DNA from: Octopus vulgaris
Taxonomy: Eukaryota
Length of the DNA stretch: 64,000 nucleotides
Assembly: GCA_951406725.2 (NCBI GenBank)
Contig: OX597821.1
Coordinates: 101,494,001 to 101,558,000 of the forward strand
Direction: 5' to 3'
The notes below the pieces were generated by a model, which made no database searches, was not told the DNA's origin, and saw nothing but the letters and a program-made list of their open reading frames with translations. Position 1 is the stretch's first letter, and each line of letters begins with the position of its first letter. The translations under genes were made by a program, and so were the position numbers. Shown one piece after another: positions 1 through 14,654 of this stretch.

Positions 1-212
1 AAACACCCAGAAGGGTGTTAGGCTGTTCGAGGAAAAGCGCCTCAAGAGCCTGGACCAGAGGCAACAAACCCGAAAAGAGAAGATCCCCAACCCTACTTCT
101 GCTGTTACATGCCCAACATGTGGCTGCGTTTGCGCGTCTGCCTTTGGGTTCCGCTCCCACCCCTGGCATCACTGCCGTCATTGCTGAACCCCGACAGACT
201 TTTTATTATTAT
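1..212 (+). mobile_element. RTE/BovB-type LINE 3' end (C-terminal C2H2-like region plus TAT tail)
   Basis: The frame from position 2 reads NTQKGVRLFEEKRLKSLDQRQQTRKEKIPNPTSAVTCPTCGCVCASAFGFRSH, the usual RTE ORF2 C-terminus. It ends in (tat)n. Confidence 0.7.
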
Positions 213-642
213 TGTGTGTGTGTATAGAGAAAGAGACAAATGGGTCTACTATAAATGTACTTACAAAGATTATAAATGGATAAAGATGTACCCATAGAGG
301 GATGAGCATTATGCTCACCAGGAAAAGAGCTTTTTCTTTGTTTCCAGCAACATATGCAGTCATGATGAGAGAGAGGTGACAGCCTCATTTTGACATGTGT
401 TCCAGTGTTCTGAAGCATGTGTGTTATAATACAAGAATATATCTAATTTCTGGGCAGACATCATCATCTGAAGCAGTTCAACAAAAGGGTCCAATAGGAC
501 AAGTACCAGACTTAAAAATAAGTACTAGGTTTGATTTGTTTGACTAACCCCTTCAAAGCAGTGGACTGTATGGGTGCAGTCCAGTGACTGAAATAAGAAA
601 GAGAAGTAAAAGAGCATAGAAAATATATTTAAAAGGATGTTG

Positions 643-1340
643 TCATCATCATCATTTAACGTTCATTTTCCATGCTAGCCTGGATTGCATGACTTCACAA
701 GCACCTGTAAGGACAGGGGTCACACTAGGTTCCTATGTCTGTTTTAGCTTGTTTTCTGCAGCTGGATGCCCTTCTTAATGCTAGTCACTTTGCATAGTGT
801 ACTGGGTGCTTTTTACATGGCACCAGCACCAACACCAGTGCTTTTTATGTGCCACCTTGATTTTAGGATATCAATTCTGTTGCGATGAACAGGACTTCTT
901 GAGCATAGCAATGCAGCACGTTTCTCAGTCCCCTGTCATCCTCCTTTGTAAGGCTCAGCGTTTTGAGATCAGCCTTCAAGACTTCGTCCCATGTATTCCT
1001 GGGTCTCCCTCTTCCACAACTTCCCTCCACTTTAAGTGATCGGCACTCTCCTCATCCATCTGCATTATGTGATCAAATCAGCACAGGCTCCTCTCTTGCA
1101 CACTGCATATAATTCCTCTTAGGCCTAACTTTTCTCTCAATATACTAGTGCTCATGTCACACATGTACACTGACATTGCACATCCAGAAGAGCATACCAG
1201 CTTCATTCATCTTTAGTCTTCACATGTCCTCTGCATTCAGGACCTGCAGTATTGCTGTTCATATAATTGCATCATCCAATCTTCCTTTCACTCAGAGAGA
1301 GAGACCTTTGGTTTGCTAACAGAGGTAAAAGCTTTCTCAA
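643..1340 (-). mobile_element. Degenerate RTE-clade LINE 3' fragment with (TGA)n-ended tail
   Basis: Minus-strand remnants LREKLGLRGI and VEGSCGRGRPRNTWDEVLKADLK, with stops. They join the common 'gctggatgcccttc...catcatcatttaacg' tail. Confidence 0.6.
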
Positions 1341-1514
1341 TTTTCTCTATTCTTCTAGCAATTACATTTGACATAACTGAACAGTACATTCAACAGAATA
1401 ACTTGAATGCTAAATTTCTTCTGCTCCGTATTTGAAACTTTTAAAAATAAATGAGAATGAAGTATAAACCATGTTCAGTGTTGGTTGAATTATATTCTAT
1501 AAATATGCTTAATA

Positions 1515-2240
1515 TCATCATCAGCTTGTCCCTCAAATCCAAGGATTGATTTCTCCTGGATGAATATTTGGACCATTAATGCTGGTCGCAAATGTGACTA
1601 ACAAAACCAATTTTTGCATAAAACACATCAATTGCCTTCCATTGCCATTGTCTCTCCTTCTCTTTTCTTATTCTTTCTATTTCAAACAATTTTGCTATTG
1701 TTTATGTTTTGTCATTAGTCAGAATGGTTAGTTACTGTTGTCTCAAAAGCCAGGGGTTCGAAGCTGGTCTGTTTCAGAGTTGACTCAAGCTGATTTTGTA
1801 GTATCAAAGAGGGACACCACTTTGTCTTTTCCTGGTTGCCAGTTCATTGTTCATCCTGGTGACATGGTCGGCCCATCAAAGACTGTTTCATGATCAGGGA
1901 TTCAATGCCCTGGCTATTATTTGCTCTTTCTATCACATAGTTATTGAAGACATAGTCAAACCACTTGATGTTCAAGAGAGTGAAGTTTCAGTTGATGAAA
2001 GCGTTCAAATTTTTTGATGTTGCAATGTCCAAGTCTCACAACAAAGTCCAAGTCTCACAACCGCATAAGAGCGTGGATATGACAACAGCTTTGTAGACCA
2101 TAATCTTTGTCTTCAAAGTTGTTTTTAAACACATGTCTTGTTAGTTTACCAAAACTGGGTAGGCCAATCTAATTCTTCATTTCACATCTTGTTCAGAATT
2201 GCATTTGGTAGAGAGCACACTTCCAAGGTATGCAAAGTGA
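1515..2240 (-). mobile_element. Degenerate RTE/BovB-like LINE fragment
   Basis: Minus-strand remnants HFAYLGSVLS, KIMVYKAVVISTLLCGCETW and LLNIKWFDYV, with frameshifts. Confidence 0.6.
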
Positions 2241-4217
2241 TTAACTTGCTCATCTTACCTGCTTAATCTAAATGGATGGAATTGGAATGTATTAAGAATG
2301 AGGGATGGGTGCAGAGGGAGTGGTGACCAGTTGTACAGAGATGTTGATATGGTGAGTAGTAACAGGTTCTGTTTTAATTTCTGATAGCAGTAGAGTAATA
2401 CAGCAGAAAGAAAAGTGATGAAGGATTGAGTGATAGGAGGGTGAGGGTAGGGTTAGAGATTGCAAGTAGTGGGCTGGTAGAAATGGTTAGGTATGTAGAA
2501 GACAGCATGGATACAGAAGAATCAAGGATGGTGAAGGGTAAGGTTGTACCTTACTCACCACCCTCTTTGATTCTTCTGTAGAGGAGTGAGGTGGATTTAA
2601 ACATGAGATGAAAGCAGCCAAATGTATGGAGATGAATGGGGAAGGTGCTTGTTTGTGCTACTTACAGTCAGCAGCCATTCCTTATTCTTATCCATCACCC
2701 CACCCTACCTATATTGACTATCCCAATCTCTGTCCACTTTCATATCTTCATCCCAATCTTTATATTGACTTCACTCTCCTCCTACACATTCATAACCTTC
2801 TTCCCACACTCCCTGATTCTTCAGTATCAACTCTTTCTCTATATATCACTTGGACATGTTACCATGTGGTTACATTTTTGGCATTTCATCACTATATTTA
2901 CCTTTGTTTGAGCCCCAATCCATCCTCCCTCATTCACTTACATAAAATACAAAGCCATGAATCTCACCTACAAGCAGTAAACCTGTGCCTGCTCTTCCTC
3001 CATCATTAACTTGCTTACAGTGTACACCCTGTCTCCTATTGCCCCTCTCAGTGTAGTGTGCTCTTCAGTCTTGCAAATTACAAAATGACCTAGTACACTG
3101 TTGTTAGTGTTGGGAAGGGCATCCAGCTGTGAAAACCATGCCGAAACTGAGACACTGGAGTAAGATTTCTTCTAATGCATTAAATCTTGTCAAAACATCC
3201 AACTCATTCCAGCATGGAAACTGGACATGATGATGTTGGAATTAATTTGAATTAAATTATTAGAAAATCTTATCTGAACAAAAAGAGCATTATTAGCCTA
3301 TAAACTAATAATACTCTTTTATGACACCAGTGTTTTGATGCACAATCTATTTACAAGAAAAAGATAGGCATTAATCCCAACATAGGGGATGCTAAGATAA
3401 GCTTTGAACTTGAGAACTATAGCTTGAAAATCATATGCAACTATTTTCATTTGCATGAAAATATAATCACCTTGTTGTTGTTTAACCCCAAGTTAGCTCT
3501 GGCTGAATATACCTATGATCAATGACATTCTAGCTGTGACTATGCTTTTTGTATCTTTAGGATTATATATAATCAGATTAGAACTTTTTTTCTTTTTTAC
3601 TACAGCAAGGTGTGACTTGAGGGAGATTTGGTTTCTATTTCTAGCATATCAAGCAACTTTCTGGTGATTATCATCAATTAACATCCACTTTCCCAAGCTT
3701 GTAGGGTCAATTTGTTGAGGCAGATTTTCTATGGTCAAATGCCCTTCTTGTTACCAACCCTCACCTGTTTCCAAGCAAGCTAATTTTTTCTGGGCATGTT
3801 TTACATGAACAACACCGCTTGTATGATGCTCATTTATGACCATCACATGATATCAATACAAAGGTACATACACACATGGTGGGTTTCTTTCAGTTTCCGT
3901 CTCTCAAATCCATTCACAAGGCTTTGGTAGACTCCAAATTATAGCAGAAGTCACTTGCCCAAGGTCTCATGCATTGGGGCTGAACCCAAGACCACAATGA
4001 TTGGGAAGCAAGCTTCTCGACCACACTGGCACCTGGTCACCCAGCCATGCTTGCACCTTCTCAAATAAATCATCAAATTTCATTAAAGCTGTTATATTTT
4101 AATAAATAAATGGAGCTAATATTTTAAGTAATCAAAACAATGTTATAAATGTTATTTTCAAAAATACCATAATTTTTAAAAAATTACCCATCTTATATTA
4201 ATTTCTTTCTTCTCCAG

Positions 4218-4318
4218 GGAAAATTCCAGATGAAACTACCGCTCTGCAGCTTGCACCTTCAGCTATAGCTGGAATGATTCCTGGCCAACCAACGTGGCCT
4301 AGTAATGTTGTCAGCCAG
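4218..4318 (+). CDS. SRSF11: SRSF11-like exon (GKIPDETTALQLAPSAIAGMIPGQPTWPSNVVSQ)
   Basis: tctccag acceptor, CAG|gtatgt donor, phase 1 to 0; post-RRM1 linker. Confidence 0.88.
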
Positions 4319-7300
4319 GTATGTGATGGTCTTCTTTCTTTAGTTGTGTTGGTAGAAGTATATAATTTTTCCTTTCACATAATCACATGTTGAACTTTAT
4401 ATATGATAAACATTGCTTTTATCCAATGGTATATTGCAATATTTGATGTTGGTAATAATAGGGATAGGGTATGGAGTACAAGTTCATATGGAGAGAGAGA
4501 GAGAGTTTTAATGGACATTATCTCAGGAAGGGGTAGTAGTTAATTTGCTTTTCTATTTTCTAATTATTTCTTTGAGAAAAGAGTAATAAGGTAGATCACC
4601 TATTTATATGTATACATATGTCCAACACATGCTAGCATGGGAATCGGACAGTAAATGATTGAATGATGATAGTGCGTATACGTGTATGAGTGTGTGTAGA
4701 TGTGTATATGCATGCATATGTGTGTGTGTAAATGGAAAGCCTGGTTTTGAGAAGAATATAAGAATGTAAGCACACTCCTATTCTTTTCATGAGTAGAAAG
4801 AGATAAGGTAGTTTCCTGACTGACTGTTTCATAGTTTGTTGACTACTTTTCAGAGAAGACACAGTTTCCTCTCTCACTCAATAGCATAGAATGATCAGCT
4901 GTTATTTAAAGTAACCCAAAACATCACTGAACATTTTTGCTTATACAGTTTTGGCTTTTCACATCTACATTGTCTCACTTCTATCAAATACAATTTTGTG
5001 ATTTATATTATCCTTTTAATTTTTAGATGACTGGTCAAGGAAATGGACAAGTTATTACCACTTATGATCCTCGTTTGACTGCTCTTGGTTTAGCTCAGTA
5101 TCCACCTCTTCCAGGAACCACAGACCCCAGCAAAATAGAGGAAATTAGACGAACTGTCTATGTGTTTAATATAGATAGCTCTGTGAGTTATGTTACTTAA
5201 ATATATTTGTTTTATTGTGTGATGATTTTTCATTTTGAATATTTCCTTATCTATCCAGAGTGGCGATGGACCATTTTGTGTTAACATCTGCTTCTCCAGC
5301 TTGCATGGGTCAGACAAGGGTATGTTGGGTCAAAGTTTTCTATGGCAGGATGCTCTTCTTGCTGCTTACCTTCACTTGTTTCTAAGCGAAGTAATAGTCT
5401 CCTTGTCTGTCAAAACAGCAAATAGCCTGTACATAGTTATGTGAAGAATTGGAAATAAACAACACTGAATGAATGAACCTTTTGTTTATAAAGGTCATGC
5501 AACGTTGAGAAGCTCAGACATACTTTATGGCACACTGTAAGCAAATGGCACAACCAGCAAAAGCAGGTGAAGATGAGGGAAATTTGAGGCCACTCACACA
5601 GATACACATACATACGTACGAACATACAAACGTACATACATACCTACATACATACAAACGTACGTACATACATACATACGTACGAACATACAAACGTACG
5701 TACATACCTACATACATACATAACACATACATACATAAGTGTGTGTGTGTGTGTATGTACATAAAATAAAAATGATAAAGCTCTTTTCTGAGTCATATAC
5801 TCATATGGTTTGTTTCTGGTTTCTGTGGTGTATATATTCCCCCTGGACAGGATGCCAGTCCATTGCAGGAATACTCACTTTTGCCAGCTGGCTGAGCTGG
5901 AGCAATGTGAAATGAAGTGTTTTGCTCAACACATCGCCCAGTGTGAGAATTGAAACCATAATCTTATGATCATGAATCTTACACCTTAATCACTAAGCCA
6001 CATGCCTCCATGTGTGTGTTTAAGATTTGTCAAAGGTAAAGCAATGTGAAATGAAATACAAAAGTGAAAACAGAAGAACAGTCAAAGTTTTACTTCATAT
6101 TTCTTTGGTATTCTGGAGTTAGGACCTCCAAAATACCATAGAGAAATGGGAGATGGAACAAAGATGTTATTGTTGTTCAGATATTTAGGAGAGGCTGGTG
6201 ACATGCATAAACTGGTGGTGTTGTATTAGTATGATTTGCGTAGTCATTATATATATGATGAGCTTCTTTCAGTTTGCTTCTACCAAATCCACTCATGAAG
6301 TTTTGGTTGGCCAAGATCTATAGTAGAAAACACTTGCCCAGGAAATTCAGTCTGTGAATATATTGAATGATCTTTGAAATTACAATGTTCTGTCATCAAA
6401 ATCAATGCAAGATTGTTTTACATATTTATTTCACCTGTAAAATACATCATGTATAGAAATCTTGCTTAACCCTTTCATTACTATATTTCTAACCAAAATA
6501 CACCCATTCTGTGTTTCACTTATATTCTAAAATAATCATGAATTTAGACTGGTTTAATAAAACAACTTTTTTTCTTTATCAACAAGTTTGCTCAACAACA
6601 TGAAACTGGTATCCATTTTTCATTGAGAGTGAAACATTCCAGAAAATCAAAATGGAAAAAATGAGAAAAAGTCTCTAAAAATTTGTAACACTCAGACACC
6701 TTGTACAATATTGGTGGAAAGTGTAACTTAATCGTTTACTTAGTGAAACCATGTTTTCTCAAATGTACTAATGAGATTTGTACTGAAATTCTCATTAAAA
6801 TATGAACAGGTCGTTTTGGGTGATTTGGTAATATTAACCAGCTGTGGATGGGTTAGTAATGAAAAGATTAAACATCTTTGGGTCATGCTTTTTGTCTTCT
6901 AATATTACAGGTAACTGCTGAACAACTTTTAGCTTTCTTCAGTCAAGTGGGTGAAGTGAAGTATGTCCGTATGGCTGGCGAGGAGAACATGCCAACCCGT
7001 TGTGCCTTTGTAGAGTTCACTGACCAGCGAGCGGTTGCTACCGTTCTCACCTATAACAACACCATGTTAGGTGGGCGACCTATCAAGTGAGTTGATTTTT
7101 TTTTTTTTTGGTTGATATTTTGTATTTTAATTCAGTTTTGGTGTTTGTAAAGAAAAAACAAAATAAATTGCATTATTGTCTGATGCTATGAAATTTGAAT
7201 TTCAATGAACATGAAATTGATTATTAACTTTTAACTACCTTGATTAAATATGTAATTTACATATCAATAAATAAAACTGCTTGTCATAACATTTCATTTT

Positions 7301-10300
7301 CATTTTCCATCGTGCACTCACGAGTACAGACACAGGCTTTCAAGGTTCATCCAAATGCACTGCACCTTGGGCAAGTGTCTTCTTTCTCCCGTAGCCTTGT
7401 GAATGAGAATATGGAAAAATCAAAAAAGAATACCATGTGATAGTTTTGTGCTATTCAGCTATTGGGTTATGTCCCTTTACACCTGTACCCCAAGACGCAG
7501 ATCAATGAAATGAATACCTTAGACTGAAGCCCTTGAAGACAGTGCCCTAGTTTTAAGACCAAAATCAGTGAAAGAATTATGTACGCGCACACACACACAC
7601 ACACGTTCTCATTGCTCTCCACACATCTTTTACTGATTTTGGCAATTATTTTAGGTAGTCAAGATGCTTTTCTACAGCTAAATGAATATCCTGGCATATC
7701 AAATTCAAAGTTAGTCAAATGTTATGCTACAGAGATATAAAAACTTCTTGTTGCTCTCAACTGGAGAAAAAATAGACTAGTGGCTTGCTCATTTCAGCTG
7801 AAGATATATTCCATGTGAATTGGCTTTCCTTTAGTTTGAGACTTATTTTTCTAATGTATTTAATAAGTACAACGTATTTCAAAATGTTTTCAGGGTTAGC
7901 CATGCTAATAGTTCCATTGTGAAACCAGTGAACAAAAACCAAGAAACAGCACAGAGGGAACTGGAGGAAGCTATGAAAAAAGTAAAAGAGGCCCAGTCTC
8001 TTATACTAGCTGCTGTAGAGCCAGGTAAATACACCTTCATTTTTTTCTTCTTCCTTGAGTATGAATAATTAATTAGTTAATTACATGGTAATTAATAGTG
8101 GAAATTAACTGTAGTGCAAAAGGAAATGGAGAAGCAAAAGGTATATATAGCTTTTGACTCAGATTTCAATATAAATAAGTAAACATACAAGGCTGTTTTT
8201 TTAATTTTATTTTGCTTTTGCTGTACTTTTCCAAACATTCTGCTTGATGTTGTTTCAAGTCAAGTTATTCTTGATCTGGAAGACCAATAACCAAAAGTTT
8301 TTCATTTATGACCATTGTCTTTTATTTAAGCCTTTGCAGACAGGAAGCAATACTGACTGCATTGAAACACTGTGTGTGTGAGCCGTGCGATGTCTCACTC
8401 TGTGTGGCACCGTGTTTTCAAGTATACCACACTAAGAAGAATCTGTAAATACACTGTAAAATTCTTTGTATGAAAAGTTGTGTAGTTACTGAATGGCCTA
8501 ATACTAGTACACAGCACAGACTGTCAGTACTAAATCCATCTGCAAGGGGTTCAACATAGTGTATCTAAGGCTATATTATCATTATTTCTTTTTCTTTTAT
8601 GAAGCATAAGGTGTAATTTGGGGGATACATAGCAGGCAGTGCAACTACACAGAAGCTCTTGTCATTAGCTTTTCTCCTGTTACATTATCATCATCATTTA
8701 ACAGCCATCTGGTATGGGGTGGATGGTTTGATAGGAGCTGACAAACTACAGAACTGCACCAGGCTCTGTTGTCCTCTTTGGCATGGTTTCTACATATGGA
8801 TATCCTCCCTAACACCAACCACTTTACTGAATGTACTGTGCTTTTTATGTGGCACGAACACTAGCAGAGTCAGCGAATTTGTGCTGGTTGAGAGGCTAAA
8901 GTATAATAGGGGGATAGAGATAGGTGTCTTAAAGATAGATAGGGAGAGAGAAAATAGATGGTATTTATGTGTTTATGTCAGTAAAATGGCTGTGTGAATT
9001 CAGTGATTTTAAATGTAGTTGTGGGGAAGACCTGAAACTGCATCCAGTTGTGTGACTCCAGTTGGGAAGTTCAGGAGTTCTGTGGTGTGTGGGGTTACCC
9101 CTTAATCACCACTACTTTTATGTCTGCTCTTGTCCAGGGTGGTAGTGCCTATCAAGGGCAACCAGTTGTGGATAAAACAGCTTTGAAGATGGTCCTATAG
9201 CTAAGATATACAGGATTTAGAGACTGAGGTTTGGCCTCTAGACATGTGTCTGGAAATTGCACTTAACCATTTGTTCTCAGAAGTTATCTCTTGCCAAAAA
9301 TAACTTTAAAATCTTTAGTCATTGGCATTCAGCCATGTTTTCTAAGACAAGTCATTTTTAGCCATGATAAGAAATCTATCTTTCTGTTCTCAAACCCACT
9401 TTATATATGAAAGAAATTTTTTGTCAGTTCTCATGTATTGTCTTGTTTCCATTTTCAGAAATCACAGATAAAAAGAGAAGCCGTTCTCGGTCCAAATCAA
9501 AAAGCCACAGGCGTCATTCTCGTTCTCGATCTAAGTCCAAACCTAAACGCCGTACAAGGACCCGCTCAAGGTCCCGCTCAAGACCAAGGCCCAGCCCCAA
9601 AAGACACTCAAGATCACGTTCTCGACGTCGTTCTGTCTCTAGAGGTCGCCGATCCAGATCAAGAAAAAGGTCTCCTCGTAGGTCAAGATCACATTCCAGG
9701 CCTCGTCATCATAGAACTAGATCCAGGTGAGAAACCATACACTGCTTTGCACTGATGTTCACACTGTTTCCACACGCTCATTAAAATTCTCTGTGCACCA
9801 TCATTGACAGAAAGAGGATAATTCTGTCTCTAGCATCAATGCATGCATAATTTGTGTTGCAAGTCAATCTCTGCATAAGGCTTATTATTTGACATGCCAA
9901 TAATATTGGATTAAATTGCATTATTAGTCAGACAAAAAATCTACATACATGTATCTCCTTACATCAGCACACTTGTTTCTGGCCTCTTTCTTGTACCTCT
10001 CTCTCACTCTTTATCTTGTCTCTCTAGGTAACCATACTGCCTCTATAGCAAGACACCTATTTCTGCCTCTTTATTTCTTTGCTCTAACCTTTCATCATCT
10101 GATACTGGATCACCTCCTCTAATGCCTCCTCTGTTGTGACAAGACACCTGCTTCTGTCTCTCTGTCTCTTTGTCACAGTCTAACCTTTCATCCTCTGACA
10201 CAAGTTCTTCACCTCAAATGCCCCTGCCCCTCTCAAAATTCCTTGTCTTGCAAGTTACTTGGTTACCCTGCCAGTGCTGGTGTCACATTAAAAGCACCTA

Positions 10301-13300
10301 GTCCACACTGTAACATGGTTGGTATTTGGAAGGGCATCCAACTATAAAAATCATGCCACAACTGACCTTACCTGTGCTAGTGCCATGTAAAAAAACACTC
10401 AGTCCACTGGTTGGTGTTAGGAAGGACATTCAGCAGTAAAATCCCTGCCAAAACAGACACAGTAGCCTTGGGTAGTTTTTCTACTTGGCTGGCTCCTGTC
10501 AACCATCCTACCCATGCATGCATGAAAGATGGATGTTAAACGGGGATGATGATGTACATATGTATTAGCATAATGGTATTTTTATGAATTAATGTATAAT
10601 TAGTTTCTCTAGCAACACCTATACTAAACAGTGTTGAATGGTGTGAATTTTAATATTACTAAATTTTCTAAGGCAGTAAGCTGACAGAATTGTTAGTACG
10701 TTGGGCAAATTGCTTAGTGGCATTTTGTCACTTACTACATTCTGAGTTCAAATTCCACTGAGGTTGAATTTGCCTTTCATCCTTTCAGGGCCAATAAAAT
10801 AAGTACCAGTTGATTACTGGGGTAAATCCAATTGACTTATCCCCTCCCCTGAAATTGTTGGTCATGTGCCAAAATTTGAAACCAATATTATTAAATTTTC
10901 TTGAAATAGATGCTCCTGTCTCACAATCAGATGTTGCTACTCAATCGTATAGCAATTATTTTAATATGAAATTAGACTGGTATCTACAACCAGGTTTATA
11001 TGGTGAGAGCAACTTAAAATAGTTTCATTAATGCTTGTAATGTGATTAGTGTCAAGGATTACAAATTTATTTGTATTTTTATCTACTTAGTAATTCACAT
11101 CTATTTTGCCTGGAGGAAGTTTGCTGTTAACAACAAAATGTCTGTCTTTCCAGGAAAAGAACTGACTCTATAAAAAAATGTATAGATAATTTGTTATTCA
11201 TGGTAATAATACATGCAATTAAATACAGAAAAACTATGAAGACTTGAGTGAATATGTTTTGTTGAATATATGAAATTAACTTGCACAAAAACTGCATTAC
11301 AAGTTGAGAAAATAGGTTGATGTTAGCTGATGTGTGCATTGTTGGGTTGATATTGATGTGGATCCTCTCCATGTAAGTGGAAGGAATGGTGCTATGGCAG
11401 GGAAAGACCAAAGAATTGGTGTGGTCAGATAGAAGACTGTTATGTCCCAAAGTCAAAATGATACGAGATTGAGAGAGATTTTGATGTTTTGAAGATGCAT
11501 CTAACACATATTAACAAAGAAAAACATTCTAATATGATGATGATGATGATGTACTTTCGTACACCTACAGAATTCTATTTAATAATAATTATTAACTGAG
11601 GCATTGTAAATATTTAAGTTAGATGAGCATTGTAGTCTACATCTGACAATTATGAGATCATCTGATAAATCAAAAGAGAAATTGGGAATCAGAAAACATT
11701 TACAAATATCTAAAATTCATGATAATGAAACCTTTCAAGAAAAAACAAAAAGTGACATATAAGCCTTAATGCTAGAGACAGCTTGCTTCCATATATTATC
11801 ACTATCATTCCAGTAGGGTGGGTGGGGCATTCTATTGCTTAGTAAAACAGTTTATTATTTCCTAGGTCTCCTGTTGAGGTCAAGACCAAAATGAGAAACC
11901 ACAATGACGAATGGCACATGCAACATTTTAGGTATTTTAAATGTCTTTTCAATAATGTACTTTTATATTTTGCTTCATCTTGTTTTGATGCATATAGGGA
12001 TAAACATGTTCTATCATAGTATTCTCTATACTATACTTGTGTATAAAAAACTCTATTCCTGTATATGCTCATATGTATGTATAAACGTGTATTTGTATAT
12101 AATGATTTGTAGAATAATGTGATGCAATTTATTAGTCATTCATTATAAGGATTTATCAGTTTTTTTCCAAGATGTTTTTTGAGATTTTTAGTCCTAATTT
12201 TTCTTTTTTTCTTAGTATTTTTTAAAGCTAGTAATATTATGTGTTTGAGATAAGCTGTACATAGTTCATATTCAGCTAACACTAACTATTTTTTTTTTTA
12301 ATAAAAGGAATTTCACTTGTATTATCTTTTATCTCTGGATGTTGCTGAAAGGGCAGGGCTTCAGAGATTGGAGGGTGTCAGACAAATGTGATTGATGATC
12401 TATCTGAAAAGTGTGTTACAAGACATTTGTCTGGATAGAGACCATAATAGTGTGAAAGTGTTTGAAATAAGATTCTTTCTTGCAGAGATTAAAATTGGTA
12501 ATGAGAAATAGGTATTACTTTTGTAGTAGACGAGTTCAAAGGAAGAAACTATGTAACCACCAAGTTTTTAAAAGTAGATATAGTGTCATTATATATCTCC
12601 ACCACTACCATCACACAAAAATCAAAACCAAGTCCTCCAAATAGGATGTAAGAACTCTGGATTGTAACTTGTGTTACTTCTCAGGGGCTTATGATGTAAT
12701 GTTTTATCAAATATATATTTACTGTGTATGTTATGTGTCAGGTGTGTATTAAAATTAAAGGATGAGGGTGAACTGGCAGAATTGTTAGCATGCCAGAGAA
12801 AATGCTTAGCAGCATTTCCTACAGTTTTATGTTCTAAGTTCAAATTCTGCTGAGATTGCCTTTCATCCTTTCAGAGTCAATAAAATAAGTCGCACACTGG
12901 GGTTAGTGTAAACAATGTCCTCCCTCTCCAAAAGATTCAGGCTTTGTGTCTATTGTAGAAAGAATTAAAAGTAAAATTCATCATCAAAATTACGTTTATT
13001 TTAATTGATTTTTTAAAAAATCCATTCAGACACTTAAACAAATTTTGGTCTGATCCTAGAGTTTAGGTTTTGTATAGTATCTAAAAGATTAGGATAAGTT
13101 GTACAACAGCTTTTTGAGTTCTGAGACTAAATATTCATTTGAAGATTCAAAAGTTAGTGGTTGGGTGGGGGAGGTAGGCATGGGTAACAGGAAAGTCTTG
13201 TGGAGGAGATATGTAGCACTGTGCCATTGGGATTAACAGAAGTGCAACTAATGGGTTTTGGGGTGTACACTCAGCATGGCAACTGGACAAACTTACCATT

Positions 13301-14591
13301 TATTATAAAGATGTCTTGGCTGTCTGTGGTCAGAAGAGAATTTCCTGTCTTAAATATGACAATAGTGGGGTGTAGGTGGGATCTGAAGTGTTTCTGTTGA
13401 TGTAGATTACACAATAGTGAAATTATGAGTTTATAGATAATGCCTCTGATTGTAAGGATTACATTTCATGTTGTTCATAAGATATTAGTATGTGTGCTGT
13501 TCTGCCATGAAATTGATATTTACATTTTTCAGTGTAATAAATTAAGTGCTCGTTAATGGTTAAGAGATGTATAAATTAAATTTATATTTGTGTAATCATT
13601 GTTTTCAATCAATTGATTTCTTATGAAGTGATATTTATACCAGTTACACTGTTATTTTATGATTGCTTAGTCAGAGTTGAAAAGGCAGCATCCACAATCC
13701 TTTTTCAGGGTTCCTAGCTTGGTGTAAGAAAGGGAAAAAAAGCTGTACCTAGGTCCAGTGATGAATTAAAACAGCTATTAGTTCACTTAGTATTGATTTC
13801 GGTTGGTAATCACAAAGTTGATAAAAAATTACCTTTTATATATATAGATGTTTTTAATATATTTCAGTAAAAAGAAATGCTACATAAAAACTAATTGCTT
13901 TCAAAAATTTGAAAATATGTCAATTACAAAACCAAAATGTCATTAACACAAGAATTTTCACCACACACAGAACTGTTTTTCTCCCTCACTCACTTCATGT
14001 ACACCCAGTTGTTCAGGCCATTAATCTCATCTTTAAAAAGCACCCACTACACTCACGGAGTGGTTGGCGTTAGGAAGGGCATCCAGCCATAGAAACAATG
14101 CCAGATCTGACTGGGCCTGATGAAGCCTTCCAGCTTCACAGACCCCAGTTGAACCGTCCAACCCATGCTAGCATGGAAAACGGACGCTAAATGATGATGA
14201 TGATGATATATATTTACAGTATTTATATCTACATTACATTTGAATCAGTTCAACCTCCGGTGGTCATCATCTGTCTTATACCTGGATGTGTACCTTGTCC
14301 AAACTTAATTTGAACAGAGATCAATTTATTTCTCAGCATTTTGTTAATTTTCTGCTTTGACTAGCAGTTTTGATTTATATGTTCTCTAAGAGGTGTATAA
14401 CTGACTCGTAATTTTGCTAGCATTTCAGTGTTATTTTGCTTACTGGCATAAGAAGATAAGGTGGCTTGGCATTTTTTCCTCCTAACATTGCAAGCTTTGA
14501 ATCTATACCAATGGTTCCTAGTTTGAATCTAGTCTGTAATCATCATCATTATCATCGTACATTTACGTTCCATGGGGGCATGGGTTGATCA

Positions 14592-14654
<63 letters not shown>

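Noticed and set aside
1-4217. RRM1-coding 5' exons of the SRSF11-like gene
   Set aside because: No VIQVTN or FxDRALIV-type exon was found. The region is LINE/SINE remnants, so these exons presumably lie upstream of the window.
5437-5769. Overlapping ORFs rich in Y/V/C/T/H
   Set aside because: They are translations of a CATA/CGTA microsatellite.
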